A stretch of DNA of 54,829 nucleotides from an uncultured Marinilabiliales bacterium (GCA_938004395.1 CALKWC010000042.1:1-54829); one strand, 5' to 3'. Shown: positions 35,614 through 46,462, numbered from the stretch's first letter. The notes: a model not told the origin generated them from the letters alone. A program made the numbers and translations.

Positions 35614-37449
35614 ATGAGAGATAATTTTGACAATATAAATGAAATGTTTGGTGAAGGATTTGACGATTTTCGCGTTGATCCCAGTCCTGGAGTGTGGGAT
35701 TCAATAGAGAAAAAATTAAACAAGAAAGATTTATCAGAATTAAATAAGGAAACTTTCAGGGATTATAAAGTAAACCCATCTGAAGGATTATGGAATACAA
35801 TTGCAAGAAAATTATGGTTACATAATTTCTTCAGATTTACAGCCAATCAATTGAATGTATATTATTTGGTAGGAGTGCTGGTTGTTGTTGCAGGCAGTGT
35901 TTGGTTGTTAAATAACGAAGAGAAGGAGTCCCATAAGGATTTGTTGTTAACAGAAACACAGATTTCTACAGAAGCCAATATAGTAGATGTTGCTGCTTTG
36001 CCTAGTAAGACGGAAGAATCTTTCACTCGTGAATCAAAAGCATCAGCATCTGTTGCCGATAATAAGACCATATCTGAATCTGAATCTCAGATTGTAGATA
36101 TAGAGCAGCCAGTTTCTGAGCAGGCGGAATCAAAAAGTGTTGAGTTTGTAAATCAAGATGATAAATCGGCAAATGTATTTGCAAGGATTCCAAGGGTGGA
36201 AGAGAAACAGCAAAAGCCAGTTGGCCAACTGGCGATGGATAATTCCTCAGAAATTGTGATGAACGAGAAGGTTCAAGGAGTTGTAAATGTGGAAATTACG
36301 CCGGTTGATGTTGATACTGGTTTAACAAGACAGAGTGCTATCCTTGATGAGAACGCAGTTGAAGATGGAAATCGTACCGTCCTGGCTGAAGAACATACAG
36401 TACCTGAGACAAGTGAACCATTAGCCAATACTCAGAATATTGAAAAGGAAAATGTAGCAATACAGTATGCTGAACCTGTTTTTACAGTGTTGGATATAGC
36501 TGAAGCGGAAAAGGATCTTGTTATGGAAGAAGTTGAAATTTCTGCCGGTGACATGGCTATGGTGCCTGATACTGTTGGTCAGAATGCAAAGGGAGAAGAT
36601 TTGTTAAGGGAAACTATGCAGTGGTCACTGACTATGTACAATGTATCTTCAATTACACAGAGTTCAGTGGAAGCAATGAAACCTGAATATAATCTGTATG
36701 CAGATATGCAGGCAGAGGATGAAGATTATGCAATTCAACCTTTTGGTGCTTTTGGCGTACAAATAAATCTAAATCATAAAAATTTCCTATTCAAAGGGGG
36801 GATTCAATATAGTCGCTTTGGCGAAAGGTATCGTTATCGAGTGGATGAAGTGCTTGCATCTGAACATTATGAGTATTCAGAAGGTGGCTATTTTCAGAAT
36901 GACACGGTTTGGATTGTAAATATCGATAGCTTGATTGAAGGCTCTGATTATCAGCAACCATATGTGCAACAAAACTGGGTAGAGACACTGGATAGTAACC
37001 TGGTTACTTCAATGGATACACTGAATATAGGAAATGGAAGTCAGCAAAATGTATACAATTATATTGAAATTCCTTTGTCAGTGGGATATGAGTATAAGAT
37101 GCAACGACTAACCTATTCTCTGAATGGAGGATTAACGGCAGGTTGGTTGATTTCTACTAATGGCCTGACTCGTTCTTTTGATAATTTTGATGAGAACGCA
37201 AGTCTTTCAGATATGAAGAATTATAATAATTTGAGATTGTATGCAACTGCGGGCCTTTCTGCTACTTATTATCTGAATGATAGAATAGGACTTTTTGGAG
37301 AGGCAACGTATAGAATGCCATTGAATTCAGTCTACAATCAAAATGCTTCAATATTAAAGAAAAATAAAAGCTACATGTTGAAGTTAGGAGTAAGAATTAG
37401 TTTGGATAAAGCCCGCCAGTGGGATATGTTTTTTAAATCGTTGAATTAA
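35614..37449 (+). CDS. Membrane protein with an anti-sigma-like N-terminus and a C-terminal outer-membrane beta-barrel-like domain
   Basis: Its ATG abuts the sigma stop. The N-terminal motif is duplicated (FRVDPSPGVWDSIEKKL / YKVNPSEGLWNTIARKL). There is one TM helix. The C-terminal part is beta-rich (YIEIPLSVGYEY, LYATAGLSATYYLNDRIGLFGEATYRMPL). Confidence 0.55.
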   Translation: MRDNFDNINEMFGEGFDDFRVDPSPGVWDSIEKKLNKKDLSELNKETFRDYKVNPSEGLWNTIARKLWLHNFFRFTANQLNVYYLVGVLVVVAGSVWLLNNEEKESHKDLLLTETQISTEANIVDVAALPSKTEESFTRESKASASVADNKTISESESQIVDIEQPVSEQAESKSVEFVNQDDKSANVFARIPRVEEKQQKPVGQLAMDNSSEIVMNEKVQGVVNVEITPVDVDTGLTRQSAILDENAVEDGNRTVLAEEHTVPETSEPLANTQNIEKENVAIQYAEPVFTVLDIAEAEKDLVMEEVEISAGDMAMVPDTVGQNAKGEDLLRETMQWSLTMYNVSSITQSSVEAMKPEYNLYADMQAEDEDYAIQPFGAFGVQINLNHKNFLFKGGIQYSRFGERYRYRVDEVLASEHYEYSEGGYFQNDTVWIVNIDSLIEGSDYQQPYVQQNWVETLDSNLVTSMDTLNIGNGSQQNVYNYIEIPLSVGYEYKMQRLTYSLNGGLTAGWLISTNGLTRSFDNFDENASLSDMKNYNNLRLYATAGLSATYYLNDRIGLFGEATYRMPLNSVYNQNASILKKNKSYMLKLGVRISLDKARQWDMFFKSLN

Positions 37450-37462
37450 AGGGTGGAAATAC

Positions 37463-40400
37463 ATGTTGCGGGTAAGATTATTAATTGCTTTTTTAATTGG
37501 TTTGCTCTTTGGGGAAACATTTGCCCAGAACTTAGAGGTTGAAATTGATATTAGTGATACCATATCATGCAATTGTGTTGGTTATGCAAATCTTAATATT
37601 ATAAATGGCTCCGGGAGCTATTCTTTTATATGGAGCGATGGCGCAGAAAATCAGAATGTTACAAATATGTGCTCAGGTGTCTATTCTGTTACTGTTAGCG
37701 ATCTCGTTTTAATCGAAGATACAATCATAGATTTTTCAATTGTAGATACTTGTGTCAAGATTGGATTTGTTCAAAATGATTCTGTAACATCATGGAATTG
37801 TAATGGATATATTACAGCGATTCCGGAAGGAGGTCAGCCTCCGTATTCATTCCTTTGGTCCAGCGGTGAAACTACACAAAATATTGATGATTTATGTCCG
37901 GGTGAATATTGTGTAAGTGTATATGATTTTGATGGACATATATCGGTAGCTTGTGGTGAAGTAGAAAATTTTATTGATACATCATGTTCAGCTGATTTTT
38001 TCTGGATGCCTGCCGGATCTGCATCTTGTTATGAAACTTGTTTCCAGTTTTTTAATCAAAGTGCAGGTAATGATTATAATCTTACATGGAGTTTTGGGGA
38101 TTCGGTTTTTGCAACATCTGAAACGCCCATCTTTTCTTTTACCAACTATGGAACACCAACTGTTTGCCTAACAATTGAAACATCTACTTGTATAGATTCA
38201 ACATGCATGATAATACCAGTTGATTCATGTAATATTCAGTTAGATACCATAGTTGGGCATGTTTCTGTTTTTGGGGATTGCAATGGTTTTGTTGATTTAA
38301 GTTATCAAAATGCAACACAACCGGTAGACTTGCAATGGAGCAATGGCTCACAAGATCAGAATCTTACCAATTTATGTGCAGGCACTTATTGTGTAACCCT
38401 AACAGATGCTTTTGCCTGTAAGGATTCAGTATGCGTGGAAGTTGTTCAACCACAGGATACAAATTGTCAGGCTGCTTTCGAAATAAACAGGGTAGCATTG
38501 AAAGATTTTGAGTTTGTCGATGTTTCGCCTTCTTCTAACATTGTATCCTGGGATTGGAATTTTGGTGACAATAGTTCTTCCGCTGTACAAAATCCGGTTC
38601 ATACTTATTCAAACCTTGGTGATTACCAGGCATGTTTGATTATTGAAACGGAAACGGGTTGTGTGGATACTGCTTGTGAAAATATTCATATCGACACCTG
38701 TCTGCTATCTCTGAATACAAATTATCAGCATGTAAGTTGTCATGGAATGTGTGATGGAACCGTGATGTTAATTCCCGTGAATGGAGAGGCTCCTTATGTT
38801 TATGAATGGCAGTCTCCTGGAAGTTATTCTAATCAAAATCTGCATTCTCAGTTATGTGCCGGCACTTATCAGGCAACCGTAACAGATTCTTATTTTTGCA
38901 CTGCCACAAGTGTTGTATACATAGATCAGCCAGATTCTTTAGTCGTAACATCTGTTGAAACACCGGCAAGCTGTCAGGGCATTTGTAATGGTACAATAGA
39001 CTTGAATGTTAGTGGGGGAACACCTCCATATGCATATTATGTTTTTGAATTGGATGATTATGTTCAGAATCCAATAGAGAATTTATGTCCGGGACACTAT
39101 TCTTTAATGGTTAGTGATAATAACCTGTGTGCCGTAATGGGAGCGGTATCTATAGAAATGCCGCCTGTGGAAATGATTTTTGATAATATCGATGTTGATG
39201 ATATAAGTTGCTGGCTGGGTTGTGATGGTGCTGTACATATCTCCGTTGCAGGAGGTAGTACACCGTATGCATATCTGTGGAGTAATGGGGAAACAACAAC
39301 AGGAATCGACAGCTTATGTTTTAATCAGTACAATTATAATGTAACTGTTACAGATGATAATGGTTGTTTTATTGATACAACCATTATTGTTAGTCAACCT
39401 CCTCCAATTAATGTTTCATTGAGTAAACAGGATTTATCTTGTTATGAAATATGTAATGGAACAGCCCAAGGAACAGCATCAGGAGGCACTTTCCCATATT
39501 CTTTTGAATGGTCAAATGGAGAAGAAGGTACAAGCATTTCAAATTTATGTTCTGGTCAGTATGTAGCAACAGTTACCGATGCAAATCTTTGTACTGCAAC
39601 AGAGAATATAGTTCTGAATGAACCCGATAGCTTGTATGCTTTGTTTTCTGATATTCAGGAACCGAAATGTTATCAGTCTTGTGATGGATTAATAAATACA
39701 CTTGTACAGGGAGGTACAACACCGTATTCTTATGAGTGGGTTACAGGAGAAACAAGCATGAGTAGAGATAGTTTGTGTGCAGGCAACTATAGGGTTACGG
39801 TTACGGATGCTATGGGATGTACAGATGTATTAATTGTCGGGCTGTCAAGTCCGGAAAATTTGGATATCACAATGAGCAGTTCTCAAGAAAGTGAATATGG
39901 ATTGTGTGATGGAGTAGCACTTGTTGATGTATCAGGTGGAACAGCTCCATATTCGTACTCCTGGAATACAGGTGATTCATCAATGAGTATTGATAACTTA
40001 TGTTCAGGAATGTATTTTTTAACCGTTACAGATATAAATGCATGCACTGAGGAGGATTCTGTTTATTTACCAGAACCTGTATCATATAATCTATCGGGGA
40101 GGGTTTTTGCCGGAACAAATGTACTGCCTGAAGGCGTTGCAATATTATACAGACAAACAGATGTAGATGACTATGTTGCACAGGACTGGTGCAATATTTT
40201 CAATGGCAATTATTCTTTTCTCCATCTTGGAATGGGTGATTACCTGGTGTATGCTATTCCTCATTTCGATGTTGTATTGCAGACTCCAATTTATTTGCCT
40301 ACATATTTTGGAAATAAATGCTTCTGGCAAAATGCAGAATTAATAAACTTAACAGATCACAACACTGATGTGGATATTTTCCTTAAGAAATATGATCCTA

Positions 40401-41026
40401 TTTTTTATGGTTCCGGACAAATTACAGGACGGGTTCTATATGATAACCCGGCATATTATGAGGATGATATTTATAATACAAATTGGTTTGGAAGTAAGGC
40501 TGGAAAGTCTGGAAACGGTGCGAAAAATGTTCCGGTATTACTTCTGAGTGATAGCAATGTTCCTTATACATTTACATTGGCTGGGGAAGAGGGGCAGTTT
40601 GTCTTTAATTCAGTACCATACCAGTTGTATAAAATTTATCCTGAGAAGGCAGGATATACTACATATCCAGTATCGGTTGAAGTATATGAAGATGAGCCTT
40701 TGTCTGATAGTACCATTTATTCCATTACTGAAGATCAGATTGCTACATCATTAATAGAGTCCAGACTGGTTAGTCAGACAAACATTCAAATTTATCCCAA
40801 TCCTGTTCAGGAAAGAGTATACATTGATGCAAGAAATATGCATACAGACCATTTAACCGTAAAGTTATTTAATGAGTTGGGTATGTTATTGGATGCAACT
40901 TCATTTAATGGCGAACAAATACTGGAATTTTCCATGAAACAGCATGCTGCAGGCATTTATACATTACACGTTTCTGATGAAAATAGTGGCCGGATTCTGC
41001 AGATCAGTAAAATCATTCATTATTAA
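37463..41026 (+). CDS. Large T9SS-secreted adhesin-like protein with SprB-type Cys repeats and PKD domains
   Basis: It has at least 9 repeats of the type C.G.C(D/N)G...V.GG..PY.Y.WS.GE......LC.G.Y.VTVTD...C. PKD-like segments include WSFGD and WNFGDNSSS..NPVHTYSNLGDY. The CTD is IQIYPNPVQERVYID...GIYTLHVSDENSG. Confidence 0.8.
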   Translation: MLRVRLLIAFLIGLLFGETFAQNLEVEIDISDTISCNCVGYANLNIINGSGSYSFIWSDGAENQNVTNMCSGVYSVTVSDLVLIEDTIIDFSIVDTCVKIGFVQNDSVTSWNCNGYITAIPEGGQPPYSFLWSSGETTQNIDDLCPGEYCVSVYDFDGHISVACGEVENFIDTSCSADFFWMPAGSASCYETCFQFFNQSAGNDYNLTWSFGDSVFATSETPIFSFTNYGTPTVCLTIETSTCIDSTCMIIPVDSCNIQLDTIVGHVSVFGDCNGFVDLSYQNATQPVDLQWSNGSQDQNLTNLCAGTYCVTLTDAFACKDSVCVEVVQPQDTNCQAAFEINRVALKDFEFVDVSPSSNIVSWDWNFGDNSSSAVQNPVHTYSNLGDYQACLIIETETGCVDTACENIHIDTCLLSLNTNYQHVSCHGMCDGTVMLIPVNGEAPYVYEWQSPGSYSNQNLHSQLCAGTYQATVTDSYFCTATSVVYIDQPDSLVVTSVETPASCQGICNGTIDLNVSGGTPPYAYYVFELDDYVQNPIENLCPGHYSLMVSDNNLCAVMGAVSIEMPPVEMIFDNIDVDDISCWLGCDGAVHISVAGGSTPYAYLWSNGETTTGIDSLCFNQYNYNVTVTDDNGCFIDTTIIVSQPPPINVSLSKQDLSCYEICNGTAQGTASGGTFPYSFEWSNGEEGTSISNLCSGQYVATVTDANLCTATENIVLNEPDSLYALFSDIQEPKCYQSCDGLINTLVQGGTTPYSYEWVTGETSMSRDSLCAGNYRVTVTDAMGCTDVLIVGLSSPENLDITMSSSQESEYGLCDGVALVDVSGGTAPYSYSWNTGDSSMSIDNLCSGMYFLTVTDINACTEEDSVYLPEPVSYNLSGRVFAGTNVLPEGVAILYRQTDVDDYVAQDWCNIFNGNYSFLHLGMGDYLVYAIPHFDVVLQTPIYLPTYFGNKCFWQNAELINLTDHNTDVDIFLKKYDPIFYGSGQITGRVLYDNPAYYEDDIYNTNWFGSKAGKSGNGAKNVPVLLLSDSNVPYTFTLAGEEGQFVFNSVPYQLYKIYPEKAGYTTYPVSVEVYEDEPLSDSTIYSITEDQIATSLIESRLVSQTNIQIYPNPVQERVYIDARNMHTDHLTVKLFNELGMLLDATSFNGEQILEFSMKQHAAGIYTLHVSDENSGRILQISKIIHY

Positions 41027-41246
41027 TTTTTGCAAAGTATTTTTATTGTTGGCATAAAACTTGCAAAGTTATTTGCAACCATTTGGCTGGATTCCCAGTC
41101 TATAACTTAGAGCCTATGAAACGAATATTTTTAATACGGTTTGTTTTGCCAGCAGTAACAGTTATTCTTTCTATACTGATAATTATAGTAAGCTGGGGTT
41201 TGTTAAATAGCTTTCTTGGCTAAGCAGGATATATTTTCGATTCTTT

Positions 41247-42827
41247 TTAATATAATTTTTGCTGATACAGACATTTACTGGGCATTCCTTTTTCAATATC
41301 ACTGTAAAGAAAATATATATACTCGTTGTTGATCTGAATTTTTTGAATGTTCCGGAATGTTATTTTAAAGGGGGCTTTTAATTTTCCTGTTTCCAGGTCA
41401 ATTTCTGTGATTTCAGAATACCATTCGTATTTAAAATGTGTATACACCTTTTGCGTTTTTGTATCCTGATATAGAATATTTTGCCATTCTTCCTTTTTGT
41501 GATACGTTATTGGTATATTCTTGATGAGAATGCCATTGGAGTTATAAATTTCTATTTTATCCTGAATATGATTAAATATAAGAACCTGGTCTTCATAGAT
41601 CATCAGGGGAGCATAAATTGGGTTATAGTGTATCGTTTTTTCTTCTTTATTTTTATTATAACGGACTTTTTCGCGTAGGTCTCCAATATCAATATCTGCC
41701 ATTGAACCCCTTGTTTCCAAGTATTGTGTTTTTACAAAATCCGGGTTGTCTTTGTATAACAATAGTTGAAGAGTATCTTTAATTTGTCGAAATGTATTTT
41801 CTTTATTATCATACGGGTTTATTACGATGTATTCAACGCTTAGTCTTGCAGGGCCGTAGTAATAGTAGTAGTATTTACCGCTTGGCCCAATTGCAGCACA
41901 GGGTTTTATAAGCCTGTTTACAGCATCTGGTTTTGTTGGATTGATGCTTATTTTATCGGAGTCTAGATTGATTTTGTAGGGTCGATAATATGTAATGAGG
42001 TGTAAATCGTTTGCACAATCCTTATATGTTCCAATGGGTGTTCCGGGAATTCGCTTTGATGTTATAAATTCTTCATCTGCATTAACCATGAAAAGGGAGG
42101 CCTTGGATTGTCTGTTTTCAAAAACAGTTAGCACTAGTTTGTCATTAGTAACTTCATAATCATGTATCTGAAAGTTTTTTTTACCAAATGCGATTCTGGG
42201 CATGCCGAAAATGGAAACTTCTTTAAGGTTGGTTATTTTCATCTCCATTTCAACATCAAAACTGAAATCTTTGGTTGTGTAAATTATAGCCGATTCGTTT
42301 TCGTAACTAACATGACTGTAGTTGATGATAATTTTTTCTCCTTTTTCGTTTACTTTAAGTTTTAGTGTGTAATTCCCATAATTATCACTTGTTGTTCCAA
42401 TATATGTTCCTGCAACATTAATATTTGAATTGATTACAGGAAGTCCTGTTTCTTCATCGGTAATTTTCCCACGAATGGTAATGAATTTTTTAATAACCTT
42501 TTTAGGCTTAATAATGATTTTATTGTCTCGCTCTATGTATTCTATCCCATATTTTATATCTTATAACAAATAATTCAGAAAATATTTGACGGTTTCTTTT
42601 TTTTTGTCAAGGTGTACCTGCTGCTCAGGATTGATTTTATAGTTGCTATAAGAAAAAGTAAAATTTCCCTGTTTACCAATCTCGTCCAGAATGGCACCAA
42701 GGCTTCCGTTCATTATTTTTACTTTTACTTTCTTGTTTAATAGCGAAATTTGACCATTTGTCTTAAAAGAAGCAGAAAGTACTGTGAACAGAATTAAAAA
42801 AACATAGATTGGGTGCTTACTTAGCAT
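41247..42827 (-). pseudogene. STN-like + CarboxypepD_reg-like + unknown C-terminal domain protein, interrupted by one in-frame TAA (42561-42563)
   Basis: ORFs 42561..42827 and 41247..42248 are in the same frame. The stretch 42249-42560 is open in that frame (DIKYGIEYIERDNKIIIKPKKVIKKFITIRGKITDEETGLPVINSNINVAGTYIGTTSDNYGNYTLKL...). The stop falls inside the STN-like domain. The start overlaps the fecR stop by 7 nt. Confidence 0.6.
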
Positions 42828-43741
42828 GGTTCACCTGTAATAATCACAGTGTTTCCCTGATAATTATATTCAATATTCAATATTAGTTTAAATTCGTTCA
42901 ATACTTCTTCAAAGCTTTGATCTTTGTATGTAGAGTTTATGGTACAGTTTCCTACTCCCTGATCATTTAGTATAATTTCTTTACCATAAAATTCAGAGAT
43001 AGCTTTAATGACATCTCTAAAAGGTGTTCTCTCAAAAATAAGGGTATTTGTTTTCCAGGCCAGGAAATTTTTGTTGGTATTGGGTTCGCTTTTTATTTTG
43101 TTGGATTGTTCCTGAAATACACCTTTATATCCGGCTTTAAGAAGTTTTGTTTTTTGATTTTCTTTTTCTTTTTGAGCCAGTATCACTTTGCCAGTAACAA
43201 CTGTAACTTCTGTTTCTTCCGGAGTTTGTTTAACATTGAATGAAGTTCCCAAAACCTTGATTTCGGCATTCCCACTATTGATAATAAAAGGAGAATCAGG
43301 ATTTTTTGTAACATCAAAAAAAGCTTCACCTATGAGCGTTACTTCTCTTTTTGGGAACTTCTGATTAAAAGTAAGTTTGCTGTTTTTATTGAGCCAAACT
43401 GTAGTGTTGTCAGGTAGCGTGACTTTTGATTTTGTAACGGTAGTGGTTGCAATTTCCTTATATACGGGTTCGTTATTGATAATTTTACTTAAAATAAAAG
43501 AAAGGCCTGCAAGTATAACGATTGTAGCTGCTATTAACCACCATTTTTTATGGTTGAAATCCTTGTTTGGTTGCGAAAATTCTTTTTCCAGTTTTTTTAC
43601 AATTTTCTCTCCTTTTTGATAGAATGGAATGGAATTATGTTCTTCGTTAAAAACAGAACGTTCAAGAAGAGGCGCATTTTCTTTGAACAATTTTTCATCC
43701 GAAAGAGAAGACTTTCGCAGAAGGTCATCTAGTTCATTCAT
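42821..43741 (-). CDS. FecR-family anti-sigma / transmembrane sensor
   Basis: One TM helix (WWLIAATIVILAGLSFIL). The FecR core is TLPDNTTVWLNKNSKLTF...REVTLIGEAFFDVTK...FIINSGNAEIKVLGTSFNV. A C-terminal DUF4974-like part is present. The probable start MNELDD gives an ATGA overlap with the sigma gene. Confidence 0.8.
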   Translation of the reverse strand: MNELDDLLRKSSLSDEKLFKENAPLLERSVFNEEHNSIPFYQKGEKIVKKLEKEFSQPNKDFNHKKWWLIAATIVILAGLSFILSKIINNEPVYKEIATTTVTKSKVTLPDNTTVWLNKNSKLTFNQKFPKREVTLIGEAFFDVTKNPDSPFIINSGNAEIKVLGTSFNVKQTPEETEVTVVTGKVILAQKEKENQKTKLLKAGYKGVFQEQSNKIKSEPNTNKNFLAWKTNTLIFERTPFRDVIKAISEFYGKEIILNDQGVGNCTINSTYKDQSFEEVLNEFKLILNIEYNYQGNTVIITGEPC

Positions 43742-44415
43742 GTTTTTATTTTCTTCGTTTTGCATTGATCTTTCTGGTTTGCTTTAATTTTATTATTGAG
43801 CAGGTCTATAAGCTTTTTTCTTAACCTCTGATGATATACTTTGAGCTGGTTTTCGGGTTTGTCTATGTACTCGCTTATTTGTTTGTATGGAGTACCATGA
43901 CTTCTTTGTATCAACAAGATTCTTTCCCAGGGCTCCATCTCATCCAATACCTCTCTTAAAAGAATTGTCATTGTGCTTTCAGAATCATCCTCATCATCAG
44001 TATTTTGTTGTTCAGTGATTTGTTTTTGAACGAGGCGCTCTGTTCTTAGGTTTGGATTTTCTCCTGATTCATCAAAAAGTAGCTCATTAAAAGGTATTGT
44101 TTGGAACCTTTCACGTATTCTTTTTTTCTTGTTGTAATAGTTGTTAACCCCGTTACAAAACAGTACAAAAATAAAGCTCCTGAATTTTGCTTCATTTTCA
44201 AAACTATATTTGCTTATTGAGTTCATAATTTTGTACAGAGTCTGGTAAACAATATCCCAGGCTTCATCATCTGACAGATTCCATGATTTCATGGCATAAT
44301 TAAAGAATTTCTTGCCATACCTTTCATAAAGAACCCTCACACCGTCATTGGGCTTGTCCTGTATGATTCTATAAGTTTCTATGTTTTTATAACTTGGTTT
44401 CACTCTCGTTAACAA
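43738..44415 (-). CDS. ECF-like sigma-70 family factor with an acidic insert; TTG start
   Basis: Region 2-like DDEAWDIVYQTLYKI. Region 4-like LDEMEPWERILLIQRSHGTPYKQISEYIDKPENQLKVYHQRLRKKL. It is coupled to fecR. Confidence 0.7.
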   Translation of the reverse strand: MLTRVKPSYKNIETYRIIQDKPNDGVRVLYERYGKKFFNYAMKSWNLSDDEAWDIVYQTLYKIMNSISKYSFENEAKFRSFIFVLFCNGVNNYYNKKKRIRERFQTIPFNELLFDESGENPNLRTERLVQKQITEQQNTDDEDDSESTMTILLREVLDEMEPWERILLIQRSHGTPYKQISEYIDKPENQLKVYHQRLRKKLIDLLNNKIKANQKDQCKTKKIKT

Positions 44416-44502
44416 AATATGGTAACAAAAAGATACTTCTTTTAGATATGAAAAGAAAATGAACGAAAAATTATCTGTTAGAACACTTTCAATTTGTTAA
44501 TT

Positions 44503-46329
44503 CTATTGTGAAGATTTATTATGTAGCAATTGATTTCTTAATTCATATTGTATTTTGGTGCAATCCGGATTTGGATATATTTCATGTATTTCTTTCATGT
44601 TAACATAAATTGGTTTGGCTGTCTGCTGATTTTCTTTTCCATCGCGTAAGATATCAATAATTACTTCTTTATCTGATTTTGGGTTGAGTATGAGTTCAAA
44701 CAGTTCTTTGTAATTGCTTTCTTTTAATTCTTGCTGGTCGATAGAGAGAATTATATCTCCATTCATAAGACCAAAAGCATTTTCATCTTTTTTCGAATCT
44801 TTAGCAATAAATAATTCTTTTTCTGTGTCATAAGAAAAATACATATCCCCAAACCAAAGAACTTTTTTAATTTCTTCAGGTTTATATATCCATCCAATTT
44901 TGTTAAATATGGTATCGTATTGAACTGCCTGATCACCAATAATATGGTTATCAATGAATTTTTTTACCTGCTTATTTGTTTTTTCCTCAATCTTTGTAAA
45001 CAGATTATCATCATCAAAAGGATGATTCTTGTATTCTTCATATAGTTCCATCAGCAAATCTGATAAGCTGTACTTTCCCTGGCTTCCTTCTTGAATCAGG
45101 ATGTCCATGCAAAAGGCATATAATGCACCCTTTGTATATACCGTTCTGTATTTTCCCGAAAAGTCTTTTGTAAGAACTTTGGTACTCATCTCAGTCATTG
45201 AAAAGGCTGAATGCTTGGATGTATTTACAATTCGCAAACGGGTATCCATGATGAAGTCATCAGTTGTTTTTAGATTATTGTGAAGCATTAGCAAGCCGGA
45301 AAGATATTCAATCACCCCCTCGTAGAGCCATAAATGCTTCGACATTTTAGGATAATTGTAGTTGAAATTATGAATTTCTTTACTGTGAAGAGAAATGGGT
45401 GTAATTATATGCAGAAATTCATGGAGGATTACTCTTTGCAAGTTGTCTCTAAGCTGGAGTGTATCAATTTCTTCAGGAAAAAAGTAGAAGGATGAGTTTT
45501 TATGTTCTAATGCACCCATCCTGCCATTGCTGATGTTTGAGTCTTGCTTTCCCGTCATAAAAAGAAGAAAGCTATATTCCTGCATGGGGAAAGAGTCTGT
45601 AAACAATTCAAAGGAAGCTTTTAATAAGGGTTTTGTTATATCTGCTACTTGCGAAGCATTGTTTATTCTGTTTCTCGAATAAACTGAAAAGAAAAACCGT
45701 GTGTTTCTTAATTGAAATGAAATTGTATCTGGAATGCAGTAAAGCACAGGATTGTCAATTAATTCTGCATATGATTTTGTATTGATCTGATCTTGATTTT
45801 TTGCTCGTGTAATTGGTGCGGAAGTACTACCATATATTGGCGTTTTTTTATGTATGGTAATTTCATACGGGCTTTTACGGAAAGTATCAAAGTAACCGAT
45901 AACAGCATGAAAATTGATGAGGAAAACAGAATCATCTTCAAAATTGGTTCCACTGGTTTCCAGGATATAATCAGATTTGTCATGATTATCCCAGGTATCA
46001 GAAATCGTGTAAGTTATTTTGTGAAGTTTATCTGCATTTTGTATCAGGAATCCTGATTTTTCATCCAACCTGCTCGTTGATAACTCATTTAGCTGATTGT
46101 CAAAGGCCTTGAAATTATCAATATAATGAATGAACTTTTTTGATGCATATGAACCGGGAATTACCATTGGAATATAGTAAATTGTGGAAACGCTATCTAA
46201 ATGTGGAACCACAACAGACACTTCCAGTTTGTCTTTTGGAGAGCTTGATAAGGTAAGGTCTGCTTCAATTTTCTGACCAATGGCTGATATTGAAATCAGT
46301 AGAAATATTATTAATATTTTTCCTTTCAT
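44503..46329 (-). CDS. Secreted M61-like metallopeptidase with a C-terminal PDZ domain
   Basis: Signal peptide. The HExxH motif is present as VILHEFLHII, followed by E in LWLYEGVIEY. The PDZ-like part is GLMNGDIILSIDQQEL. Confidence 0.65.
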   Translation of the reverse strand: MKGKILIIFLLISISAIGQKIEADLTLSSSPKDKLEVSVVVPHLDSVSTIYYIPMVIPGSYASKKFIHYIDNFKAFDNQLNELSTSRLDEKSGFLIQNADKLHKITYTISDTWDNHDKSDYILETSGTNFEDDSVFLINFHAVIGYFDTFRKSPYEITIHKKTPIYGSTSAPITRAKNQDQINTKSYAELIDNPVLYCIPDTISFQLRNTRFFFSVYSRNRINNASQVADITKPLLKASFELFTDSFPMQEYSFLLFMTGKQDSNISNGRMGALEHKNSSFYFFPEEIDTLQLRDNLQRVILHEFLHIITPISLHSKEIHNFNYNYPKMSKHLWLYEGVIEYLSGLLMLHNNLKTTDDFIMDTRLRIVNTSKHSAFSMTEMSTKVLTKDFSGKYRTVYTKGALYAFCMDILIQEGSQGKYSLSDLLMELYEEYKNHPFDDDNLFTKIEEKTNKQVKKFIDNHIIGDQAVQYDTIFNKIGWIYKPEEIKKVLWFGDMYFSYDTEKELFIAKDSKKDENAFGLMNGDIILSIDQQELKESNYKELFELILNPKSDKEVIIDILRDGKENQQTAKPIYVNMKEIHEIYPNPDCTKIQYELRNQLLHNKSSQ

Positions 46330-46418
46330 TAGAGCAATCTAAAGTACAATAAAACCCTTATATGTGTATGTGTTAAGTGCAGATTGTTTGCATGCATATC
46401 ATTTACTTTATTTTTCAG

Positions 46419-46426
46419 TATATTTG
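46419..46426 (+). promoter_or_regulatory. TAnnTTTG -7 box upstream of mrp
   Basis: TATATTTG lies about 37 nt upstream of the ATG at 46463. Confidence 0.4.
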
Positions 46427-46462
46427 TGATTAAGTTTAAATTAAATTAAATAAAAATAACAA

